Below, in pieces: positions 10,548-20,000 of a stretch of DNA of 20,000 bases. The position numbers and the translations under genes were made by a program. This stretch comes from Catajapyx aquilonaris. Its lineage: Eukaryota. Where the stretch lies: positions 59,539 to 79,538 of the forward strand of contig KZ538364.1 of assembly GCA_000934665.2 (NCBI GenBank), given 5' to 3'. Within the stretch, counting starts at the first letter, position 1; each line of letters begins with the position of its first letter. Below the pieces are notes generated by a model. It was not told where the DNA came from. It ran no database searches and saw only the letters and a list, made by a program, of their open reading frames with translations.

Positions 10548-11035
10548 TATAGACGAATTTTCTACTAGCTCAACCGAGTGCGCATCCACACTCGCGCAGC
10601 TCCATGTCTGTTGTGACAACAAAGTTGCCAGAGTTGCTCCTCAGGGGACAAAATGATAATAATTTTAAATTTCACACTAATTTTAGATTCAACTTAATAA
10701 ATTTAGTTTCATAATTTTTTTAGATTTAACTTAATAAATTTCGTTTCGTAATAATTTTAAATTAATGAATTTAATTGCATATTAATTTTCGATTTAATAC
10801 ATTTAGTTTCATAATAATTTTCGATTTAATACATTTAGTTTCATAATAATTTTCGATTTAATAAATTTAGTTTCATATTAATTTTAGATTTAATAAATTT
10901 AGTTTAATCATTTTAAATTGCAATTGTTATTCACACCCATCAGCTATCATTGTTAATGTCAACCGTGCAGGCTGCGCGAACTGTGGTGCGCACTAGGTTG
11001 CGCTCGTTTAAAAAAAAAAAAAAAAACATCACTAG
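10548..11035. mobile_element. MITE-like element, copy 2, with an internal AT-rich minisatellite
   Basis: Imperfect inverted ends: CAACCGAGTGCGCATCCACACTCGCGCAGC (~10571-10600) versus GCTGCGCGAACTGTGGTGCGCACTAGGTTG (~10972-11000). Both ends are homologous to 4064-4450. Confidence 0.75.
10678..10908. repeat. ~32-bp AT-rich minisatellite, ~7 copies
   Basis: The unit TAATAATTTTCGATTTAATACATTTAGTTTCA repeats with variants. Confidence 0.9.
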
Positions 11036-11057
11036 TTATATGAAGTTCACATTTGTA

Positions 11058-11158
11058 CAGCGGTCAGTAAAAATCCGACCTGAACATATCCTACGGCTAC
11101 GGCTTAATTATTCCATCTTTTAAAAAATCTAGACGTGAACAGATTTTACTGCACCCTG
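11058..11158. mobile_element. Possible degenerate Tc1/mariner-type MITE
   Basis: TA|CAGCGGTCAGTAAAAATC on the left and GATTTTACTGCACCCTG|GA on the right form an imperfect inverted repeat. The right TA flank is not intact. Confidence 0.4.
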
Positions 11159-11889
11159 GAGAGTCCTTTTTTTAGTGCAAAAAAATAGGGTTGAAATTTG
11201 GCAGAGCACGCAAGGATCGAACCTGCTGCACTAAAAATGCGATTGAATTTTCTATGAAGGAGTGGGCGGCAAGAAGATGGTCAGAACTGGGTCAAACTGA
11301 TACACCCCCCCCCCCCCAAAAAAAAAAGTCTTCCCCTCAACAATAGTGTGATCTGGTAACACAGTTTTTTTGAGAGAGGAAAACTTACTAGAATTTTTAT
11401 CCTATCCCGGTTACTTTCCCAGGCTTCCTTTTTTTATTATTATTAATATTTGGGACACCATCCTCATTTGTCTTTGTTGGAAACAAGATCGATGGGGAAG
11501 TTTCGGTCTTTGTGGCTACACGATTACGCTCTAAACAGATTACCAGGTCCGAAGGGGCCTCTTTTTTTTCCAGCATCCCTTGCATTCTATTTTATTATTT
11601 TTTATCGTCCCCCCCCCCCTTCCATTTTTTCATACTGGGGGAGTTGGCTTAGGGAATTCATATTTGGGGGAGACACGAGGGTTTATTCGATTGCTGCAAA
11701 CACAGGAACCATATTTCATCGGCGACCCCAAAAAAGCCGTCCCGAAAAATGTCCTCCCACGCAAGGTTGTGTGTGTGTATTATTTCCAAGCTTGAAATAT
11801 GGCGGGATGAAAAGTTGCAAGATGATCAAATTAATTATTCTAATTGCATTTGAGTGTCTCTCAAGGTTGGAAAGGCCTCTCCCAGAGAG

Positions 11890-14321
11890 ATGCTGGGTGT
11901 TGTGGTACTGTTGGGTTTGTTATTGAGGTTTGTGCTGTGCGATGATGCTTGTCTGGACTTGTGTCAGGTGTCAGGGATGCTGATGGACCAGACTGCGGTT
12001 TTGGATCGTTGTGGGGTCAAAGTGCAAGAACTAGAGGCGACTCTGAGGCGGATGCAAATTCGGTTGGATTCTATGGATCATGCTGGTAAGACTAACCTCG
12101 AAAATATTCGACATTGTCATTTGGCTGGATAAACACAGTGTTTGTAATTATAGCTAATTATTATTCGCAGTTTGGGACATTTCTGATGACAATTTGAGAT
12201 GGAAGGACTGCAACAATGGTATTTGCAAATGTGTAGGAGGCTCGTTCAGCGTGTGGTGTGACAACCTGAACTTAGATTCAGCACAACTCCGGAAGATGAC
12301 AATGCCTTACGACGTTCAGTATCTGTGAGTATTGTTATACAGTTAATTCAAATAGCATTGTAAACTATATGTTTAATTTCCGCAGTGATATGAGCTTTAA
12401 TGGTATGACCGCAATTAACAAGGTAGCATTCAAGAATTTGAAGAAATTGTTGACTTTGTGAGTATCCGCTACATCTCCAGATTTGAATGCAGATTGTAAT
12501 TAATACCTCTTACAGAAATATGCGGTACAACAAGCTGCGATACCTTCCTGAAGAACTGTTTTCAGATTTAGACATGCTCTATTCACTGTAAGCTATTTTG
12601 CCTTTCTGTCACTAGTTTCTGTCAACAATGCGTGCCGCACATTTCAGACAACTTGCAGAAAACGACCTGGAGTTTATAGGCAACAATCTGCTAAGTAGTT
12701 TGAAATCCCTGAAAAGACTGTAAGTTTGTGTGTTTGACAAAGTTTTGAAGCCTCAATAATTCCCACAGTTATCCTTAACAGGGACTTGTCAAGAAACAAG
12801 CTGGAAAAGTTGCCTGGAGAATCGTTTCGATCCCTGGCACAACTTACGTATCTGGAATTGTCTGTGAACAAATTGGCGGATTTGGATGCCAATATTTTTG
12901 CAAACATGGAGCGATTGGAGGAGCTTCACTTGCAACAAAACTCATTGACATCTCTTGCCGACGACATGTTTCTGAGTCAAAAAACAATGACCCTTTTGGA
13001 TTTGAGCAGCAACAGTTTGAAGGACTCGCTGACACCTGACACTTTCAACGGTCTGGAGTCTCTGGAGAGGCTGTACCTGGAGCGAAATTACATCACACAT
13101 CTTGCTGACAATGTATTTAGCAATTTGCACAAACTCCGGATACTGAAGTTGAACCACAATATGCTCAAACAGGTTAGGCAGCATAATTTGCATCTCTATA
13201 TACAAAGCAGAAGGTTTGTTGGTATGTAGGCTATATGTCACGGCTACCTAACCCACTCTGACTACTATAGGACGTAACAGTTCTGAATAATGCTGCTTAA
13301 AACAGCTTTAGTGCCGAATTTTTTACAATTAAAACTGACATCAATTTTTATGTAGGCTGCTGGACATTGCAGGTTGGAAAGCACACTTTTGCAACCCTGG
13401 CCAATCTGGAGTCACTGGAACTGGGACACAATTTCCTGGAAGCGATCGAAACTGGATCCTTCTCCAGTTTGGAATCGCTCGAAGACCTGTCTCTGGTCAA
13501 CAACAATTTGGACACACTGGGTCCGGAAGCTTTTCAGGGATTGAACGCATTGAAAAGTCTGGATCTAGGCAAGAACATGCTGCAAAGTCTGAATTCAAGC
13601 AGTTTTACAGGACTCGCCCAGCTGGAAAATCTGCAAGTGTTTTAAACTGCTAAATTATTATTGAGCCAAGTATATGTAGTGTTCATATAATTATTGGATA
13701 AGTGACATTGTTTTTACCGCAGCAACACTGAAACACAGGTTTGCCCTAAACTGTCATGACGGCCCTTAACAAATTGGCAAATCAGGAGAGTGTGATTCGA
13801 GTATACTTTTTCTCATTGGGTAGTCTTTGCAGTATTGAATTCCAATAATGACGGCCTCTCATTTTTTTATTCTGTGCAATTGAGTCAACATATACACTTG
13901 CTGGTGTCATGACTTCTCACATGGCAGTGCACCACACCACCTGCATGTTTGGTACATAATTAATAAGGGCACATGTGATAATTAGAGTTTCACCTCGTTA
14001 CAGAAACCTGGTTGAAAACATGTTAACCGGAATACCCGAGGGCACCTTCGACGACCTGAAGTCATTGCAATCAGTCATGTTACGTCATAACCCATGGAAT
14101 TGTGAATGCCATGATATCAAATATCTGACACGGTAAAGCCGCCTGATTATTATATGAATGGAAAATGACGTCAACACACATTGTTTATTGATGGCTTTGT
14201 TTTTTATTCCCATAGCTGGATTCAGGACGGAAATGGCCAGGTGTTTTGCTCCACTCCGGATGACCTCACGGGTCAAAAAGTTGAGGACATTGCACAAATT
14301 TGCGGTCACTCTTTGGCTTGA
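11890..14321 (+). CDS. Secreted leucine-rich-repeat protein, ~483 aa, 9 exons (signal peptide, coiled coil, LRRNT, ~13 LRRs, LRRCT; no transmembrane segment)
   Basis: Exons: 11890-12085, 12171-12324, 12386-12457, 12516-12587, 12648-12719, 12782-13172, 13373-13632, 14004-14132, 14216-14321. They sum to 1452 nt with consistent phases and end in TGA. Signal peptide MLGVVVLLGLLLRFVLC; LRRNT CNNGICKC..VWC; three 72-nt single-LRR exons; 24-aa LxLxxNxL repeats; LRRCT NPWNCEC...VFCSTP...C. Intron 7 is GC-AG. Confidence 0.92.
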
Positions 14322-14460
14322 AATCGAGCCCACTTATCTAGGTTTGATTAATCGTTGATGACGCATGTCTGGCGGATATTTTCAGTTGCTATCTGTTTAT
14401 TGCACTTATGTTCCTGAAAAACTAATCAGGCTTATCGACATGTCGATCCCGAAGGTTGGA

Positions 14461-14548
14461 AATAAAGGTGTCTGATTCGCACCTTAAAATCTTCACATGA
14501 TCTACTTTTATGGAGACAACATACTGATATTCAAACCGGTGTAATAAA
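14461..14548 (+). terminator. Candidate polyadenylation signals of the LRR gene (AATAAA at 14461-14466 and 14543-14548)
   Basis: Two canonical hexamers 140 and 222 nt after the stop codon. Which one is used cannot be determined from sequence. Confidence 0.5.
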
Positions 14549-14928
14549 AATGATGGTCATATTGATTGAGAGTAATTATTTGAAGCTATTTCGTGGTTTG
14601 AGACGGAAAAAAAGCGCGTTATTTCCTTGTGTTATCGTTATCGTGATGTTTCCAGGGGGGGTATTGGAGATACTGCTGAATGCAACCATTTTCGCCAGGT
14701 GAAACAAGGCCGGGCGAGCAGTCGGGCTATTGACAATAGACACATTTTCAATAGCCATACCAGCAGGTGTTACACCAGTGCATAACACTGGAGTCAGTGA
14801 GATGAGGAATGAAAGGCCGAGTTGGTGATCACCCCCAGTCACGTCAGGCTCGTGTTTAGTGCTGTGACGACGCAGTGGAATTTCATGCATATAGAACAGT
14901 GAACAACATTATTTTTATCTGGTGAAAA

Positions 14929-17900
14929 ATGGTTGGAATTAAGTGTGCGGCTTTCTTCTGGATAGTTGGACTTATGCTGACAGCCTCATACGTCGTGAGC
15001 GGTGAAAATTGTAATTACAAAAATATTTTCACTCAATCATGGCCTGTTATGTATCAGTATACAGTCTTATTGGATTTACGTTTCTTTCCACAGCTTGTAA
15101 AGTAGTGAACGCGGTTAGTAATTATACGATCCGTGGGACTTTACCAACAGTGTACATAAGTGTTGACGATTCCACGCCTACCAAGACGAACCTTGTGACC
15201 TATATTATGAACGATTCTCTCAAAAGTTAGTGGCCTATAATATGCGCAACATAGTTACTTTTTACAGTGAATTTGTCCCTGTTTATGTTCGATGCATTAT
15301 TTACAGGTGTTACCTTCACCACCGACCACCCAGAATTTACAGGTATAGACGTTACTTGGCAAGATACGAATTTTTCGGTTGCCGTCACGGAAAGCCTCTC
15401 CATAGCGAGTGATTACGTACGTAGAATCCATGGTAGAATCAAAAAGGAGCATGGGTTACTTCTTGCCATGAGTTTATTATTACAATCAATTCATCCCAGC
15501 AATTCATGTTGTTGCTAACAGTAAGTTGAGATAACAAGTGGCAGGCATAAAATATGTCGAAAGTACACAACTTACTACTGAAACTATACCATGAGTACTC
15601 AGCATGGCTATACATTGTATTTGATTTAATTCAATTTTTGAATGGTTCGTAATGGTCGCTTCATTTCAGGATGATCTTACAGACCTGATATTCATTTTCA
15701 ACGAATTTTGCGAAGACGACAGTGGAAAACCGCCGGTTAGTATCGCTTCCATTACGTCAACTTCAATTTTTCGATTGTGTCGAAATAGTTTTACATTATA
15801 CACAATCACTAATCCCAGTTACATTCCGCAGGATTCTGCGACGTTACACGTGTATGTGAATGACATAAACAATGAAAACCCTACGTTCCGTAAAGATCAT
15901 TACGAGTTCAAAATTGAGGCTCCTTTGCCTGCAAACGTCCCTATCAATGAGTTCCAACCTCTGCAAGGATACGACATGGATCGGGATCCTCAGAATAACG
16001 TTGTGACAATAGATGACATTTCCGATCCCATAAGTGTTCATTTTGAAGTGACCAACCATGGAGATAAAAACTTCAGTGCAGTCATGATTCCCAAGGAGCT
16101 CATAAAATACGACCCAGACAACCCAGTGATCACTTTCACAGTCACTGCTCGCGTGAGTTGAAAAATAAAACAACTCCAAGTCAACATGTAACTGGTTATT
16201 ATAATAATAAAAATCACTGTTTCAGGATAGCGGAACTCCTCCACTGACTGGAACTACAAATGTTACATTGAAATTGACGCCTTCCTCGCCTCCCATACCA
16301 GTATTTGAAAAAGCCATATACAAAACGTTAATAACAACTAATGCAAGTACCATAATTTCTGATCATTACAAACTTTGCTGGCCACTTTTAATCTGCTGAA
16401 CAAGAAATACTCAATCTTTGTCACGAAACTCAAGACTCGCATGTCATTGCAGTGTCATTAGCTTGCAAAAGTAGTTGGTATGAGCATTTTAAATATATCA
16501 GACACTGACTTGAAATGTGATTGAAAGTGGCAAATTGATTATAATATTATTTATGATGCTTAGAGATTTAACAGGTAATTCATGGTTGATGTTCACAGAC
16601 GGAGGGCTCGAAGTTGGATGTTGAACCGAAAGACTTTTATGCCACTGCTGCAGGTTCTTCGTCACATATGACTTATGAAGTCCTTCCCTGTCCCTTCGAC
16701 GGTATGTATATTTACAACACGTGCTATAGTGAAATTAAAGCGTCTTATCCTGATAAACTATCAGTCAAACTACCAAATATTGAGTATGGAGGATAATTGC
16801 ATTGACGTTAATCTTTCTTCAGTTATCGTGAGTGTATAAAAGCTGAATGAATTGTTTTTATGGAACATTTATTCCGATACTGCAGGGGAAGTGCAAAAGT
16901 TACTGCTATAAATTATAGCCTAATGAAATGGGGGTGTACGTTAATATATTATAATAGTCCGGATGCTTGCAACTCCCTTCATTATTCATTATGGCAATAA
17001 GATCCAGCACCCACATGACCCCTGCGGTAGATGCCGAATACCTTCTGTGAAGGCACATAATAATTTGTCTTTCGTTGCAGAACCTGATTACGCGGAACAT
17101 TTTGGCATAACCAACGGCAAGGATGGAAAGCCCGTACTGACTCTGACGAAACCCTGGAAGATAGCCAAGCTGCCACCATCCCGGTTTTTGATAATGATCA
17201 AAGTACGACAACACACTGGCATTTCCTCTGCAAACAAATGCTGATCTATGTGTGATCTCTTATCTCTCAGGCAACATACGATGGAAATGAGAAGGAGACA
17301 GTGCAAGTGCCACTTCTGGTTTATCCCTACGTGCCTCCAACCACAACCACACCTACCACCACACCTAAACCAACCACCACAAGTAAGCCAACAACTACAG
17401 TCACTCACACCACCACACCACTACCAACTTGTCCAACACCAACTCCTTGCCCTCCTTGCACGACACCCACAACCACAACCAAGTCAACTACTACCACTCC
17501 AACTACCACTCCAACAACTCAACAAACTACTAAGTCTTCTACTACTTCTTCGACAACCCCAGGTACTACAAGTACATCAACCTGCCCCACATGCCCACCT
17601 TGCCCCACTTCTGCCACATCGTGTCCTCCTTGTCCAACCACCCACATTCCAATCACTAAAACGACTGCAACTAAGGCGACTACTACTACTACCACCAAAC
17701 CAGGTACAACCACCCACATTCCAATCACTAAAACGACTGCAACTAAGGCGACTACTACTACTACGACCAAACCAGGTACAACCACTACTTCCTCTCATCA
17801 TACACGAATCACTAGTCCAACTACTTGTCCCACATGTCCACCTTGCCCCTCTTCTTCTACTTCCACTTCTACTCCTTTTTCTACTCCTACTTCTACTTCT

Positions 17901-19323
17901 ACTGCTTCGACTCCAGGCACTAACAAGTCCACAAGTCCAACTAAATCTGGTCCCACCACCACCTCCACTTCAGGCACGCACAGTACATCTCCAACTAGTC
18001 GTAATACTACTTACACTTCCCGTACTTCGCCGTCAGGTAGCACAAGCAGACATACCACCACTCACTCCGGAACATCCTGTCCTCCTTGTCCGACTCCTAC
18101 ACCGTGCCCAACGACTACTACTGCGACTACTAAGGCCAGCACCACTGCTAATCCAGGAACAACCACTGCAGGTATATACGAGACAGTGTTTCTCGTGACC
18201 ACAAAATGTGTATTAATTTTATTGTTCCTTTTTAAATTCATGAAATGTAGTGCCTGATAGAGTCATCTTTGATAAACACGACTACTACGTTGAAACGGCA
18301 ACCAACTGGACCCAAGTAAACCTGCTCACAGTTCATGCCAAGTCCACGTCTGATAAGAATAATGTAATATACAGTCTGGAGTTACCACCTGAATGTGAGT
18401 ATTATTAGTTTAAAAAAAGTAATCAGGAAAAAAACTGCATTTGCATGTATTGGAAGAACATGCTGAGTTCGTACAGTAGTGTGAGCAAAAGGTCGTCGGC
18501 AATTTGTTTGTAATTAATTACCCAAAGGAATTTTAACGAATGCTTTACTATAGCGTAATATTACGGGGCATCGTACAGATTACGGCTCTCCTTTCTTTTG
18601 CAGTGACTAACGCTTTGAATATATCCTCGAATAATGGAACCATTAAGCAAGTGGAGGACATAAATAAGACGGGATTGTACTATTTCGACGTACAAGCTTA
18701 TGATGGGATCGCGACAGACACGGCAACGGTGATTTCTCCAATAGTTCGCTCAAAACATGGTCCAACTCTTGTGTTGTTATTCGTATAGGTTCACATTTAC
18801 GTCAAACCTGCAAGCGACAACGAGAATGTCTTTCTCAGCATGTGGTACAACGTATCAGTTGAGGAAAACACGGAAGGGGAGCTTAATATAAATCTGATCA
18901 TGGGAGATCTTCCGGATATTGACGTGAGGGTAGTGCAAACTATCCCTGGAGGTATGGCACTCACCACCACCATCATTGAACATCCTATAACTTGTGACAG
19001 CTCCACTTTTTTTTTGCACTAATAATTCAGGTCATGAGGATAATTTCACAGTCTTCACTCAAAATCAGACAGTGAGACTGAATCAAGGGCTGGACAGGGA
19101 GTCCACACCTCACCTCTTCTTGAAACTGAGTGTGGCCAAGGAGGATCACTCCTCTGCAGGATTCACCTTCCTCTGCGGAGAAGCCGTGGTCAATCTAACA
19201 GTCACGGACCAGAATGACAATGCGCCCGAATTACTCAACCATACTACAGAATTAATGATGGTGGGCTTTCCGAGAGTCAAACTTCTCCCTGACATTGCAG
19301 TGGACGTCGTTTGGAAATTCACG
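14929..19323 (+). CDS. Divergent cadherin-domain protein with an internal mucin-like region; 5' part only (13 exons, ~890 aa, continues past the window)
   Basis: Exons: 14929-15001 (alternative donor after 15010), 15094-15225, 15307-15416, 15670-15735, 15832-16152, 16226-16342, 16599-16701, 17081-17202, 17271-18171, 18251-18394, 18604-18728, 18789-18951, 19031-19323. They sum to 2670 nt with consistent phases and no stops. Signal peptide MVGIKCAAFFWIVGLMLTASYVVS. Cadherin motifs VNDINNENPTF, YDMD, TVTARDSGTPPL, VQAYDG, LDRE and VTDQNDNAP. Intron 6 is GC-AG. No TM or stop codon within the window. Confidence 0.88.
17635..17785 (+). repeat. 72-bp (24-aa) coding tandem duplication within the mucin exon
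   Basis: THIPITKTTATKATTTTTTKPGTT occurs twice. The DNA copies starting at 17635 and 17707 differ by one synonymous base (ACC/ACG). Confidence 0.95.
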
Positions 19324-19350
19324 GTACAGTATAATATTAATAAGTATAAG

Positions 19351-19353
<3 letters not shown>

Positions 19354-19440
<87 letters not shown>
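19354..19440. repeat. (AAT)29 intronic microsatellite
   Basis: Read directly from the sequence; it begins 30 nt after the donor at 19324. Confidence 0.97.
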
Positions 19441-19692
19441 CTTACACATATAAAAGGGAAAGTTTGTTTGTTTGTCCCATACCGCCCCTTCCCCTCTACC
19501 TCCTCCTCTCCGTCTCCCATTAGTCCCATAGCAACAGGGTTACCATAGAACCGTTTTTCATTGCAACAGCGGTTACCATGGCGACCGTTGTCTATAGCAA
19601 CATGGATTTACCCATAGCAACGGTTACATGGCAACGGGGTTCCGCTCTTCAATTTCCGTGCGAAGAAAGGGTATCCTATCCTGCTACATTAG
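19440..19692 (+). mobile_element. Non-autonomous Helitron-like element embedded in an AAT microsatellite
   Basis: 5' A|TCTTACACATATAAAAGGGAAAGTTTGTTTGTTTGT matches the TC start, TATAAA..GAAAGT and tetranucleotide tract typical of insect Lep1-type Helitrons. The 3' end is a degenerate CCGTGCGAAG..GGG hairpin and TTAG|T. No TIR. It has internal CCATRGCAAC repeats. Confidence 0.7.
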
Positions 19693-19696
19693 TATA

Positions 19697-19697
<1 letters not shown>

Positions 19698-19781
<84 letters not shown>
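19698..19781. repeat. (AAT)28 microsatellite
   Basis: Read directly from the sequence. Confidence 0.97.
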
Positions 19782-19782
<1 letters not shown>

Positions 19783-20000
19783 TATGCAATTATTTTATAA
19801 TTAATAAGCGTAATAATCATTGCAATTTCACGAGTGATTGGCTGAAGTGTTTGCACAGTGATGGCCCAAATTTCTATTCGTTGTTGTACTGTACAATGTA
19901 CACTAGGGCGGCTCGAAAAACACTTTTTTTCGAAAGTTGTAGTTCGCTAGTGAAAAAAAGTTGCGTTGGGTGATCCTTTTGACAGGAAAAAAATTTGAGT

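Noticed and set aside
16564..16574. 11-nt microexon (TAG|AGATTTAACAG|GTAATT) as an alternative to the GC donor
   Set aside because: It would leave a 24-nt intron and introduces a TAA stop when joined to the phase-1 GT donor at 16347.
17248..18198. 316-aa Leu/Gln/Pro-rich overlapping ORF and antisense Val-rich ORFs
   Set aside because: Shadow frames of ACN/CCN/TCN codon repeats in the mucin exon.
19324..19548. Poly-Asn (and antisense poly-Leu/poly-Ile) protein tail
   Set aside because: It lies after the donor ACG|GTACAG at 19324 and is an intronic AAT microsatellite read through by the ORF finder.
19903..20000. Possible left end of another MITE (TAGGGCGGCTCGAAAAA)
   Set aside because: No partner end is visible before the window edge, so it cannot be supported.

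Overview
Eukaryotic DNA, most likely arthropod/insect: AT-rich, many short (~55-100 bp) introns and (TTAGG)n-type motifs. It is not prokaryotic and has no CRISPR array. Three protein-coding genes were reconstructed by hand from splice signals and reading phase. (1) On the minus strand, the first coding exon of a SIFamide-receptor-like neuropeptide GPCR (3608-3998); no later exons were found in the window. (2) On the plus strand, a complete 9-exon, ~483-aa secreted leucine-rich-repeat protein with an N-terminal coiled coil (11890-14321). (3) On the plus strand, the first 13 exons (~890 aa, running off the window) of a divergent cadherin that carries a ~280-aa Thr/Ser/Pro mucin stalk punctuated by CPPC/CPTCPPCP motifs. 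Each plus-strand gene needs one non-canonical GC-AG intron (donor GCAAGT). The non-coding DNA is packed with small non-autonomous elements: a 369-bp foldback MITE with a 7-bp TSD, a trimer of 111-bp palindromic MITEs with a readable recombination history, CA-tract-embedded elements with CCTAA repeats, and Helitron-like elements bearing arrays of RFX X-box-like sites. There are also several microsatellites. All family assignments come from motif recognition and recall; no database search was run.
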